A stretch of 64,000 nt of DNA, taken from the NCBI GenBank assembly GCA_038496445.1, contig JALMLS010000103.1, forward strand, positions 128,733 to 192,732, in the 5' to 3' direction. Both the position numbers and the translations under genes were made by a program. Origin of the DNA: Trichosphaerium sp. ATCC 40318. Taxonomy: Eukaryota > Protista > Tubulinea. Under the pieces are notes generated by a model that was not told the DNA's origin, did no database searches, and saw only the letters and a list, made by a program, of their open reading frames with translations. Of this stretch, positions 51,996-64,000 are shown piece by piece. Positions within the stretch are counted from its first letter, which is position 1. Each line of letters begins with the position of its first letter.

Positions 51996-53651
51996 TCTTA
52001 TAGTTCGAGAAGTTGTGTATTTTGGTAATTTTTATTTCTCGTCAACTACGTTCTTCTGGCCACTAGGGCTACAAGAGTAATTACTCTGGACGTAGAGACG
52101 CAGCCATGGTATAATATCGACTGATTTAGTTAAACTGACCAAAGATACCTATGCAATCGCCACCCCGAAGCTTAACAATAGTTATTTTGGTAAAAATGCC
52201 ATGGTCCGTTTTCTACAAGGGAAACTTGGTTGGCCTTGAGAGCTATATTCCAGTGGGGACTACGACCTGTCAAAATAGCGTGGTGCATTGGTACAAGAAG
52301 AACAGGTGATGTAAGAGCAGTGTTGCCTTATTGGAGGTACGTTTTCGAACTTGAAACCAAATATACAATCACGTGATAAGTCTGTAAGACTACTTTAGGC
52401 TTTGGCAATCATGGATTTAATTAATCCAGAAGGTCCTTGAGGCTGAAACGTAAGCGTGATGCTGTAGGTTATGAAGAAACAAGAAAAGAATTACAGCAAG
52501 AACAATGCATGCTCCCAAAAAGTCATCCACAATTGAACCAAATATCTAGTGGTGAAACATTCTCTGTACAATTTCAGCAAGCAAATCCACCTCCTTCTTT
52601 GTTCCCACTTATAAATCCAGTACCAGAGATTTCATGGCTGGTGTAACTTATCTCTGGTGTAATTATGTAAATAATAAAGTTTGACTATCCTTGTTAAAGC
52701 TTTAAATAACGTCCACGTGTTATTTAATACAACGCAATAGAGTGTACATTTTTCTAGCCATAATGGAATGGTGTTAATGTTTCAGCCATAAGAGTAAGAC
52801 TACAAAACCTGTAAACAATTTTTTCAACTTTTTAAAAATAGATTAAAAAGCTCAGTTATATGAAAGTGCACACGAGTTTGGTGATTAAAAAGCGCTTTAG
52901 CGTCCCCTCGTAATTTTGCTCAATTCCGAGTTAATGAGTCCGGCAGTGCCTGGGTATTGACAGCACGAATGATTTGAGTTATTTTGCTTATTTAATGGAT
53001 TACATTGATAAAACCGTGGAATGTTAGCTTGGTATTCTGCCTTTTCCTAATCCTCTCTGTATCCAAAAAAAAAGTTATTTTCCGAAACCCCGAATGACTC
53101 CTCATTGGCGAAATACCTTTCCTTGACACGTTTTGCTTTGTTATTCCTAATTATCCACATATGAGTATTTTATATAATTTTGGATGAGTTACTGGATTTT
53201 TGAAGTTTGCGAGTGGAAAAATTGATTAAAACAAAACATTGAGAAGCTGTTCACTAATACGTCACTGCGTGACAGGAACTCCTTAATACCTCCAATGAAC
53301 TTGATTGTAACGTGCAACAGCATACGTTACTATTCTCTGATTACATTTAATCATGAGATTAATGAACATTAAAATATATTCTCTGAATTATGTAATGACC
53401 TTTAATAAATACGCTACTATCCTACAACTAAGGCCACGTCTCTCTTACAAGTATTCTCATCTCGTGTTCCCTTCAACGTTTCATTGATACAAAAGTGGCC
53501 TGGCAAAAACAACTTTGTAAGGAATTAAGGCAGACTATGCATTAAGCCACCGTTTTTAGAAAATAAACTAACTTCTCGCAGTATACTTGTGCTCGCAACA
53601 CTTGTACGCTATTAGTACGAATATTTGACAAAAACTACCGGTGATCATACA

Positions 53652-54731
53652 ATGGAAAAGGAGAAACAACAAACACAGTTCAACCAAGTATTTGACCTTG
53701 TTGCGCTACCAATTGAGTTAATAGTCCATATTCTCAAACAAGGGACGTATACACTTCGTACAGCCCAAACGTGCCATCTTTTACGAGATATTGTTCACAA
53801 CCATGTTGGGTATGGTCGTATCCGTATTAAAAACACAAATGAAGTTCAGATGCTTTCTGGTAGCCCATTACTCCACAATACGAATATTGATTTTTTTCGA
53901 TACACGCCAACAAACGACATTATTGCGGCATTGGCAGGTGTGCACACTATCAATTTGCGTTGTTGTAGATCAATAACAGACAATGGCATTGTGGCGTTGG
54001 CAGGTGTACATGATATTGAGTTATCAGGTACAAATGTAACAGATGAAGGTTTGAAGGCATTGGCAGGTGTACACACTATCAACCTATCTTGTTGTGAGTC
54101 AATAACAGACAACGGCATTGTGGCATTGGCAGGTGTACATGATATTAATTTATCAGAAACAAATGTAACAGATGAAGGTTCGAAGGCATTGGCAGGTGTA
54201 CACACAATCTCCTTGTTTTGTTGTAAGCCAATAACAGACAATGGCATTGCGGCATTGGCAGGTGTACACTCTATCAACTTGTATGGTTGTAGATCAATAA
54301 CAGACAATGGCATTGCAGCATTGGCAGGTGTACATGATATTGATTTATCATTTTCAAATGTAACAGATGAAGGTTTGAAGGCGTTGGCAGGTGTACACAC
54401 TATCGACTTGTATGCTTGTAAATCAATAACAGACAATGGCATTGCGGCATTGGCAGGTGTACATACGATTAATTTAACATTTACAAATGTAACAGATGAA
54501 GGCTTGAAGGCATTGGCAGGTGTACATACGATTAATTTATCAGATACAAATGTAACAGATGAAGGCTTGAAGGCATTGGCAGGTGTGCACTCTATCAGAT
54601 TGTTTGGTTCTAAGTCAATAACAGACAATGGCATTGCGGCATTGGCAGGTGCACACACTATCTCCGCATATGGTTGTGAGTTAATAACAGACAATAGCAT
54701 TGCAAGCACTGGTAGGCTCAAAAGTAAGTAG
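53652..54731 (+). CDS. Intronless F-box/LRR protein
   Basis: FDLVALPIELIVHIL F-box-like motif and about 12 LAGVH repeats. Confidence 0.9.
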   Translation: MEKEKQQTQFNQVFDLVALPIELIVHILKQGTYTLRTAQTCHLLRDIVHNHVGYGRIRIKNTNEVQMLSGSPLLHNTNIDFFRYTPTNDIIAALAGVHTINLRCCRSITDNGIVALAGVHDIELSGTNVTDEGLKALAGVHTINLSCCESITDNGIVALAGVHDINLSETNVTDEGSKALAGVHTISLFCCKPITDNGIAALAGVHSINLYGCRSITDNGIAALAGVHDIDLSFSNVTDEGLKALAGVHTIDLYACKSITDNGIAALAGVHTINLTFTNVTDEGLKALAGVHTINLSDTNVTDEGLKALAGVHSIRLFGSKSITDNGIAALAGAHTISAYGCELITDNSIASTGRLKSK

Positions 54732-55089
54732 CTTGGAAATATTCAGCAAAATTATTTCATGCCATGTGCAATACGTCTAATATGTAAGCAGTTGTTGCTC
54801 TAGTAAAGTTCTATTAATCAGTAAGAAAAACTTACTATTATCTCCATTAAACACATTTGGTGCTATAGGACTAATTTTCAAAGCTGATAACATGACTTTA
54901 TACACAAAATGTATTTGCACTCAAGTATATTCCGCTTAGACATCCTTTATGGGCATTTCCAGTGTACTCTTTGTAAAAGTCTCTATTTTGTTAATTGACA
55001 AAAACTAACACACATGACTTGTGTGCCAATGTTGGAACAAAAAAAGGAAGTTAACGTGACCATTCACCAAAGGTTTAAATAAAGCATGT

Positions 55090-55230
55090 TACGACTTAAC
55101 AACGTGACAGACTTAGGGTCAGATGCCTCATACCATCAGTCTTTGTGTTGCTAAAGTAAACAGAACATGGAGTATAGCAGGAGTAATAACAGATGACAAA
55201 GGTTTAAAAGAACTGACTGCACATTAAATA
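55090..55230 (+). pseudogene. Remnant of an LRR-gene 3' end
   Basis: GCAGGAGTAATAACAGATGACAAAGGTTTAAAAGAACTGACTG resembles the 3' end of the 56564-57403 gene. Confidence 0.45.
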
Positions 55231-55499
55231 AATACGTTTTGGAAAGCTGGGATACCATGACACTTTGCTACATTAAAATAGATTTCTAGACACCGTATTA
55301 CCATCTGTTAGCTTATAACTCATCTCCTTGAACCTCTTTTATTCCAACAATCGATCCATTTACGAACATAAGTGTGTTGCCTTTGTACAACGTATGTATA
55401 ACAAAGTTGGAAGTCTAGCTAGCTAGTGAGAGCTAGTGAAGAAGTTTTCCAAAGATCTTTCCCAAAAGGCCAGTTTACCAATAAAGTACATTTGAGTTT

Positions 55500-56359
55500 A
55501 ACATCTATTGCCTGTGCTATCTGGACTGTGCCTTCTCACATCTCACGGAATTTTACAATGACAGATGTTTGGTTTGTTACAGCCAAGTGATACCCAAAGC
55601 CTCAACATCCGATTTTCTTATCTTTTTGCAAACACTTCGAAGTTTAATACTTTTGAGAGTTTTCAAACTGAGATGTAATCTTGAGGCAATATAATAACTC
55701 CAGATACTCAAGATTTACTAAGTTCTTGAATGCTGAGTCTGTATGTAATAGCAAAATCTGAGAGCCAGATGTTTGACGTTTGTTAGTACTTTGCTTGCAT
55801 CATCTCTCAATGTTCTGCCATTCTCAATTCTCACAGTATGTACATTGCCTAGTTGTTTGATACATTCACTTTGTGTACCCTCTATTCCAATGAGTTTAAT
55901 ATGCTTTGCGAATTCCTTTACTCCTTGAGGAGTTATATGAGTGCAACCAGAAATATTGATGGTATGTACACCTACAAGAGCCTTCAATGAAGCATCTGTT
56001 ACAGAAGTGTATTCAAGTTTATTTTGCTTTCTTCCTTTGGGCATTAATGCAAGTACACCTCGTCAGTAATCCTTGTTGATGCAAGGTTTATAGTATGCAC
56101 TCCACAAAGGTGAGACAAGTCATGTTCTGATAGATGTATAAGCTGCAGTTAATATGAGCAAGGACTTCCTTTCAGAACATCACACTCTGATGAATGTTTC
56201 AAGTTTATAGTTTCTGGTCCGATATTACAACGAATAATGTCGTTAAATACGTGATAAACTGTGGAAGCTTTAATACGTTGTTTTCTGGTTAAACATCTTA
56301 GAATTAGCGGGTAGATTCTGAATCGTTGTAGATAGTATTGCATCTGGTGGTAGTGACAT
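55500..56359 (-). pseudogene. F-box/LRR pseudogene, same subfamily as 1-739
   Basis: Broken frames give LILRCL...FNDIIRCNIG...LKGSP, LCGVHTINLA, ALVGVHTINISGC, QLGNVHTVRIE...LTNVKHLAL, with several stops and frameshifts. Confidence 0.75.
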
Positions 56360-56563
56360 TTGTTGCTTTGTACACGAGCTACTGTAAATCAAGATGAAAC
56401 TTGATGTCACGTGTTTTGTTTGTATAGACTGTATTTGACTGTTTGACCTTTTAATATACGAATAGACTTTTTGTTGCTCTACAAGGATCGTAGAGTCTAA
56501 CAAGGGTTCAGAATTGAGCCGAAACTTATCACGTTGGCACGTGTTTAGAATTATTGAAACAAA

Positions 56564-57403
56564 ATGGAGGAAGATTACACAGAGAGCACAAATCAGCAGA
56601 CATTCGACCTTATTGTGCTACCTATTGAATTAATAGTGCATATTCTGAAACAAGGAAAGTACACGCTCCGTTCAGCCCAAACATGCCACATTATGCGAGA
56701 CATTGTTCATAACCATATTGGTTATGGTAAAATCAAAATTAAAACAGAAAATGACCTTCAAAAACTTTGTGGTAGTCCATTGCTCCAAAATACAACTATA
56801 ATATTTGAGAGTGTAGTGCAAGCTAACTTTTGGCTAAACAACAGCAAAATGCATTTACTTGCAGGTGTGCGCAAGATTAATTTGGCATATACAAGGGTAA
56901 CAGATGAAGGTTTGAAGGCACTGGCAGGTGTACATACTATCAACTTAAGTTGGTGTAAATCAATAACAGATGAGGGTGTCAAGGCTTTGGCTGGTGTACA
57001 CAAGATTTATTTACCATTTACAGATATAACAGATGAAGGTTTGAAGGCGTTGGCAGGTGTACATACTATTAGTTTGTCACATTGCAAATTAATTACGGAC
57101 AAGGGCATTTCAGCATTGACAGGAGTACATGAGATTAATTTATCAGATACAGATGTAACAGACAAGGGCATTTCAGCATTGACAGGAGTACACACTATTA
57201 ATTTATCTAAAGTATATATAACAGATGAAGGTTTGAAGCCATTGGCAGGTGTACATACAATCTACTTGATAACGTTTTCAATAACAGCTGCAGGGTTAAA
57301 GGCAATTTCAGGTGTACATACTATCTACTTGATAGCGGGAGCAATAGCAGACGACAAAGGTATAAAAGAATTGACTGGCGCACAAAAGGTAATTAGACAC
57401 TAG
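56564..57403 (+). CDS. Intronless F-box/LRR protein
   Basis: FDLIVLPIELIVHIL motif and about 8 L(A/T)GVH repeats. Confidence 0.9.
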   Translation: MEEDYTESTNQQTFDLIVLPIELIVHILKQGKYTLRSAQTCHIMRDIVHNHIGYGKIKIKTENDLQKLCGSPLLQNTTIIFESVVQANFWLNNSKMHLLAGVRKINLAYTRVTDEGLKALAGVHTINLSWCKSITDEGVKALAGVHKIYLPFTDITDEGLKALAGVHTISLSHCKLITDKGISALTGVHEINLSDTDVTDKGISALTGVHTINLSKVYITDEGLKPLAGVHTIYLITFSITAAGLKAISGVHTIYLIAGAIADDKGIKELTGAQKVIRH

Positions 57404-60022
57404 TTTCAGCTGTTATTATCGCCATACTGACTTGTCACATTAAATAAATATACCCTTGACATGACTCTATCCGCTGGCATAAAACAGTTGTCTACAGCAC
57501 AGATTTCAAAACAATTTATCGCAATGCTATGAATAGAGCGAATCGGATCTAAACAATCCGACTTATGAAAATTGCAAGTTTTTGCTGAGATAGAAACTGG
57601 CAAATCTTCTAATATTGTGCAGTTTGTACAAAAACGCGAACTGTACACTTGTAGTTACAGTTTGAGATTTGACAGATTTGACGAGCTCTCCCAGTAACTA
57701 CTTCTGCCAGAACTGACAGTTTAGAAAAGCGCTGCAAAATGATGATAACCAGCTTTCAAAAGGTGGTTACCCAGTTTGTTTGTTGTCGTCTTACAATCTA
57801 ATGTTAGTGATGTTACGAAAACGTTTGCAAACTGTAAACCAACAAAAAAATTTTTTGGAATTGTCTTTGGTAAGGCGTTGTGGTATCACGCCCACTGCTG
57901 CCAAAGAAACTTGAACTAACCCATTCCTTGGTTGTTGCCCAAAGACAGTACAAGTGCATTTAATGTGACTGGTAAGTGGTTAAAAATGAAGTTAGAATAG
58001 CTACATTGCACTCTTCTCTCCATGTCTATTACATTACCGGTTGTAAACACGTGCAAGGCTTGAATGTTCTTGGGATGTGGACCTGCGCTTTCACTCATTT
58101 GTAAGAAATTACTGTGAGTTTCGACTCAAAAACGACTTGGACCAAATTTTTTCATTATTTTTTAAGACCGTTTGGTAACATCTATCTAACTCATTTATTT
58201 ATCACTAACACCTTCCAAGAAGTTCACTTACCATGGGCGGGTGACTTGGGTGTTGCCTTTGTATGTTGGTTCTAACCTAGGAGCTATTATAACACCTTAT
58301 TACAAAAAACTGTGTCCGGCATTCTACCCAGCATTGGCGAAAGCAAGGTGGCAATTCTACCAACTCAAGAGAATTTCACTTAGATTTTAGAGGCGCTTAT
58401 GTTGGCCTCTGACGCTACTGTATTACTCTGCAGTGCTATAGTGTTAAATAAAAGTATAAATCGTACCAATGCCAGTTTTCACGTGCTCAAAGCGGCTATT
58501 TACATGCGTAACCACACTTGTTGAGCCACGAAAACAACCAAAGTGAGGTTTTAGCGCTCTTTTGTCAACCTAATTATGATGGATGTCTTGCGAATGGGTA
58601 GCGATTACCTTTGTTTCTTGCAGTTTCTTACACCTCCAATGAAAATGACATATCTCCCAGAACTTGTGCGTTTGTTATTTCTTACATTTCTTGAGTGAAA
58701 GGCAGTTCGCCTATTTGCCCTAGTTTTTTTCACACTTGCTTGCTACGGGCAATAACTTGAATGACACGGGTAATAATGACATGAACAGAAAGTCACGTGT
58801 ATGCTACAAGTCAGGGTTCGGCCTTTTAAAAGTAGCTAAACGTTACAATAGCGTTATTGTACGTCAAAGCCAGAAACAATTTCGCGAATCTGAGCGATGG
58901 AATTCACCTTTGTTGTTGTATCTACTAATCTACGAGTTCGTAAACTATAGCATGGGTTCTACTTTGTTCCGGTACGTATAGGATAAGACAGGGTCTACTT
59001 AATCTTAAAAATGTGAGAAACTACAGATATTTGTCCTTGAGATATTACGAACTTATGGTTTGTTGCTACGCGCAAGAAGAGCAATTTCTGAAATAAAATA
59101 ATACTACCCATAAATACTCGGGTATTGAAAAAAATGAGTTTTCTAGCCTGTAGAAGTCCAAAAAGAACTAGTCTTTGAAGTGTAGTGTATTTTTATAAGT
59201 GCTGGTGCATATTAGAGAGTTGTCGGGCTTGGTTTTGGGTATTGGTTTAAAAATCAGTGAAAATAAGTCAACCAGCATTTGACTTAGGTCCTTAAGTCCT
59301 TTGATTTTATTAATCATTTTACGGAACAACCATCACCCACACATAGGTAAACATCTAATTACTTCGATTAATACACTACCCGTGGCCTGGCACTCAATTT
59401 TTCGTAGGCTGACGACATAGTTAAGTCCCAAAACCAAAACCCAAAAAAGAATTAAAACAATGGGAAGCATTTTTGTATGTTCAAGTGTCGCTGAAGCCAA
59501 TGTCGGATACATGAATTGTGGTCTATGTAAATGCTGTCTTTGCTTGGATATGAAAATAGTAGACAAGAACATAAAGGCTTTTGTTTGTTGTACAACAAAA
59601 CCAGTACAACCTGTTTTAGAGGGTAAAATAAGAAACGCTTATAAATAACACTAAGCGCCAACCTTTTTTGGAAAGCACGGCGCCAGTCGATTCAAAGTTG
59701 TAAAAAGTTAATAAAGTAGAAACTTTCTAGTGATTATCATTTGGCGGTCTGTTTGTCCGGTTTAGCTATTTAACAAAAAAGATCTAACGACTTAAATGAC
59801 TTCTAGTAGCTTGAAATTTTTTCTGTTTTCATTGCAGAACCTGGTACAGAAGAGACGCCTAAAGTTTACATAGGTGCTCACATGATTTGCTTGCATTCAT
59901 ACACATGCTGCTAAAATACAAAGCAACAAGTACAGATCTTTAGTTGGTAAAATATTGTCCGTTTCAGTCAAGTTGGTCTAGTTATTTCGTCATTTGTTTT
60001 TTTCTCATAAAAGTGCTCCAAC

Positions 60023-60146
60023 TGTAAGAGGTATAAGTGTACGGGTATCCGAGTGGTAGTGAACTCCGTAGTGTATTTATTGTGTCCCCTTAAGGGGGTT
60101 TTGTACAAGGTTAAGTCATAATAAATCACGTGTTGTGTATCTTACA
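60023..60146 (-). repeat. 3' LTR, 124 bp
   Basis: TGTAAGA...TCTTACA termini directly after the polypurine tract, with an internal AATAAA. Confidence 0.8.
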
Positions 60147-60283
60147 GGACTCCCTTTCTTCTTAAGCTAGCGTCTCGTTAGTCGATCCATCTCTTCCATA
60201 TCTATCATCTTCAGCTCTTGGCTCGGAAACCTTCATAACCGTGGACCAGTACTTGTACTGGAGGTCGATTTAGCCTCACTGTA

Positions 60284-63200
60284 TTATTGATCTCCAGACA
60301 ACGCTAGTGCAACATCTAATGCGAAGCGATCTTCAAAGTGTTCGATGAGATCATCTAACCATTCTCTGACCTCTTCTTTGGTTCTCAATTTCTTTAACTC
60401 TTTTGTCATCCTTCCTTGAATGTAGGCATCTCTAACGTATGGAGATCCTTTACCAATCAAATTCTTCAATCCTGATTTGATCTTCGTTGCTTTCATCTTG
60501 GGGGCTACAGCTGCTATATCTTTGAGTAATCCTAGTAATAGATCCGTCCTATGTGCTTTATTCCTTGTATTTATGCGTCTGTGGGTCTTCTGTGTTTGTA
60601 TCTCTTGCGTAACTACCCCTTTTTTGAGTGTATCTGCCAGGTCTTCTGTCAATTGTATGTCTTTTGTTGGTTCTACATAGTCGTCATCGCCTATCTTTCG
60701 TATCTCTTCATCGCTTTCGAATTTGTTAAAAATAAATGTTTCATCCTCTGGTCTCAGGAATGAATCTATGAACGGTTTAACCCTTTCCACATTGATGACT
60801 CTGCTCATTCTGCTGTCTTCTGGTAAATTTAGTAGGCATGTGGTTGGTCCAGGTCTACTGAGTATCGTGTAGGGTCCTCTCCATTTGCAGGTAAACTTTC
60901 CTTCATCTTCTTGTCGGTATGGTACACTGAGCCATACTAGTTGACCTGCTTTGTAATCTACGAATCGTCGTTTTTTGTTGTAATATCTCGCTTGATCTTT
61001 CTTCGCTTTCAGTATGGCTTTCTTCGCTATCTGGTATGAGTATCTCAATCTATGTGCCAGTACATCTGCCCAGTGAGACATCTTGTATTTATCTGGTATC
61101 TGTACTTTATCTTCTGATAACATATCTAGTGGTATGCGTGGTTCTCTTCCAAACATAAGCATAAAAGGCGAGTACTTGGTAGAATGATGTACTGCAGTCC
61201 GATATGCGTACAGCGCGTATGGGATCCAATAATCCAATCGTTTTGTTGCGCATTTACGAATGACTTCAGTATTTCAACGATAGTGTGGTTGAACCGTTCG
61301 GTTTGTCCATCCGTCTGTGGATGAAACGCTGTGGTTCTTTTCGGGTGGATGTATAGCATGTTCGTCACTGTAGATAAGAACTTTCCCGTGAAATCTTTGC
61401 CTTGATCGGTTAATACCTGTTTGGGTAGACCGTATCTGAAGCAGAATTCTTTAACGAATACCGGTGCTACGTCTGTGGCGTGATGACTGACCAATGGATA
61501 TGCGTCCGACCATTTGGTGAAGTGATCTGTGATCACCAGCATGTACTTATATCCCCTTGCTGTTTGTGGTAGCGGTCCTACTATGTCCATGGCTACCACT
61601 TGCATCGGTTCTAGGATAGGGAAGTTCACTGTGAATCCACCTTTAGGTAATCTTGGCGTCTTAGCCTTCTGGCATTTTTTGCATGATTCACACCATTCCC
61701 TCACATCTGCGTACATGTTGGGCCAGTAGAATCGCTCACTAAGCCTTTGGTACGTTTTAATGAAACCAAAGTGTCCTGCGAATGGTGCATCGTGGCCTTG
61801 TCTCATCACGAAATTCTGCAGCATACTTGGTACGTATATTTTGACGCGTCTGTTGCTGGCCTTTCCCTTGTGCCTTTTATCCACTTGATATAGGATATGT
61901 GTATCATCATCATATCCCAGGCCCTTGACTTTTGTTATGAATGTGGAGCGTCTGAATCCGTTCTCTCTGCGTGTCCATTCGGGTATGGTGCCTTTGATTA
62001 TGAATTGTATGTACGCTCTGATATCTGGATCTGTTTTCTGACATTCACTCCAGTCGATCGGTTCTGTTTTTTGTACTGTTTGCTTCAGTTCTTCACTGTC
62101 ATCGCTTCTATCTACTTGGTGGCGTGTTTCTGTGTGATCTTCATCTTCTATGTGATTTAGTTCTTCGCCTGATGATAGTGGAGGTCTTGTGAGGGCGTTG
62201 GCGTCTAAGTGTTTGGAGCCACGTTTGTATTTGAGTTTGAAGTCATAGTTCTGTAACTCTAGTAACCATCTAGCCACTAATGCTCTCGGGTTCTTTAGGT
62301 TCTGAATGTATTCCAACGGTTTATGGTCTGTATACACCATCAAGGTGAATTGAGTAAGGGATATATATCCTGCAAACTCTTTTATTGCCGATATGACTCC
62401 TAGCGTTTCTCGCTCTATTGTAGAGTATTTCCTCTGCGTAGCTGTAAAAGCTTTGCTAAAATAGGCGATCACGTGCTCTCTTCCATTTATTCGTTGTACT
62501 AGTGTAGCGCCCAATGCTACTTGTGATGCGTCTACATGCACTTCGAATGGCAATGTGAAATCTGGATGTTGTAATATCGGTGGTGATATCAGCATCTCTT
62601 TTAGTGTTTCAAATGCCTTTTGATGTTCTTCTTGCCATTTCCATTCGACGTCTTTACGTTTTAACTTGTTTAGTGGGCTCGCGATGTGTGCATATCGGTG
62701 TACGAATCGTCTGTAATATCCAGTTATCCCCAAGAATCGTTCCACCTCTGTGATATCTCTAGGTGCCGATGCATCTCTGATCGTCTTGATGATGCGTGGG
62801 TTGGTAGCTATTCCGTTAGCTGTCACTACATGTCCAAGGAATTCTACTTCATCTTTGAATATGACCGTCTTGTCTGCTTTCAGTTTGATGTTATGTTCTC
62901 GCAATCTTTGGAACATGAAGTTGAGATGTACTAAGTGTTCTTCGAATGTACTGCTGAACACGATGATGTCATCTACATAACAAAGACACACTTGCCATAA
63001 CAGTCCTGATAGCATGAGGTTCATGTGTCTCTGGAACGTGGCTTGCGCATTCTTCAAACCGAATGGCATTCCTAACCATTCGTATAATCCCCATGGTGTT
63101 GCAAATGCTGTTTTGGACCGATCTCTCTTCGCCATCGCTATCTGCCAGTATCCAGAGATAGCGTCAAAGAGTGAGAAGAACTTGGCTCTGGACAATGCTT

Positions 63201-64000
63201 CAAGTAGTTCAGTGATTCGTGGTAATGGGTGTACATCTTTCTTGGTTACTTTGTTAAGCTCCCTGTAGTCGATGCAGAATCTCCATGTACCATCCTTCTT
63301 TTTTACTAACACTACGGGCGCCGACCATTGCGATTTAGATTCTTGTATCACTCCCATTTTCAGCATCTTTTCCACTTCGTCTTTCACAATTTGGTACTTC
63401 TGAGGTGGTAAAGGTCTGTATGGTATGTGTACCGGTCTTGTTCCCTCTTTGGTGTCGATATAATGCTCTGTGCCTTTTGCATCTGCCGGTTGTTCTAATT
63501 TTGATGTAAATACGTCTAGATTATCGGCCATGAATGTGTAGGCTACTTCTTTCTGTTCCTCTGATATGTTACTTCCCTCCATTTTGAACATGTGTTTCGC
63601 TTTCGCTACATCTTCTTGTGTCACTTTTTTGCACGATATCTTGATGTTCTTCATCTCTTTTTCGTAATCTATATCCAGAGATGTGACTTCTTCGTCGTCT
63701 GTGATAGTGCGAAAGCTGGCAATGTTGCATCCCTTCTTTATTATTCGCGTACGGTTTGACATATTCATCACTTGTGTAGGTACCATGAATCTGTTAACCA
63801 CATTGCAACAGGTTCGAGCCAGTTGTATGCCCAATTTATTGAATACTACATCGTTGCCATTGACGTCATCGTGTTTGTGTGCTTCTACTATTCCTGTTTT
63901 CGCTGTCACGGAGATGATAGTCGTGCCCAGAATACGCATTGTGAGTATTTGGGTATTTTGACTCGTCCTTCTGTGATAACGTGTGTTTCATCTGGCTTCG
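60284..64000 (-). CDS. pol: Gypsy Pol polyprotein (RT, RNase H, integrase) with a 1-bp frameshift near 61235
   Basis: WRFCIDYRELN, MPFGLKNA, YVDD, VDAS, YTDHKPL, HHCC zinc finger, MDIVG/TDQG/QTERFN, WRGPY. A missing G in (TG)GGAT splits NDW-DYWIPYALYAYRT. Confidence 0.93.

Larger units (their letters stand above)
60023..64000 (-). mobile_element. Ty3/Gypsy LTR retrotransposon, 3' part (5' end lies outside the window)
   Basis: RT-RNaseH-integrase order, polypurine tract at about 60147-60164 (AAGAAGAAAGGGAG on the minus strand), 3' LTR. Confidence 0.95.

Noticed and set aside
52411-52646. Short coding-like stretch (KRKRDAVGYEETRKELQQEQ)
   Set aside because: The upstream ATG is out of frame and there is no recognisable homology.
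53846-54721. Long antisense ORFs over the LRR genes (also 6068-6805 and 56758-57195)
   Set aside because: Shadow frames created by stop-free tandem repeats; the sense strand carries the coherent F-box/LRR protein.
59460-59648. 62-aa Cys-rich ORF starting MGS
   Set aside because: Too short and without an identifiable domain pattern; could be chance.
61225-61245. Programmed ribosomal frameshift in pol
   Set aside because: It falls inside the integrase core at a G-run and fits a single-base deletion, either mutation or long-read error. Similar homopolymer slips occur near 1520, 28580 and 28725.

Overview
AT-rich, gene-dense eukaryotic nuclear DNA with many short GT-AG introns (donors mostly GTACGT/GTATGT/GTAAGT). 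A villidin-type gene (coronin-PH-gelsolin-headpiece) points to an amoebozoan protist. The core holds intron-rich genes: a CUE/TROVE-like/vWA/U-box protein, sphingosine-1-phosphate lyase, a divergent pyruvate kinase, NOP58-like, a PPR plus 3'-5' exonuclease fusion, an atypical Arf, mitochondrial-type SerRS, JMJD4, a CaMK-like kinase, villidin and an SDR. Three identical tRNA-Glu(TTC) genes are present, two of them inside introns. Both ends carry accessory DNA: intronless F-box/LRR genes with hypervariable repeat cassettes, their pseudogenes, an F-box/MORN-variant gene and a MITE family. The right end holds the 3' part of a Ty3/Gypsy element. The most unusual item is a 3.4-kb IS630/Tc1-like DD38E transposon sitting in a host intron. 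It has 141-bp TIRs, a TA duplication, a spliced transposase and a second, divergently transcribed, intron-rich orphan gene. Several single-base frameshifts fall in homopolymer runs and may be assembly errors. Gene models were spliced by eye and family calls come from motif recognition, not database searches.
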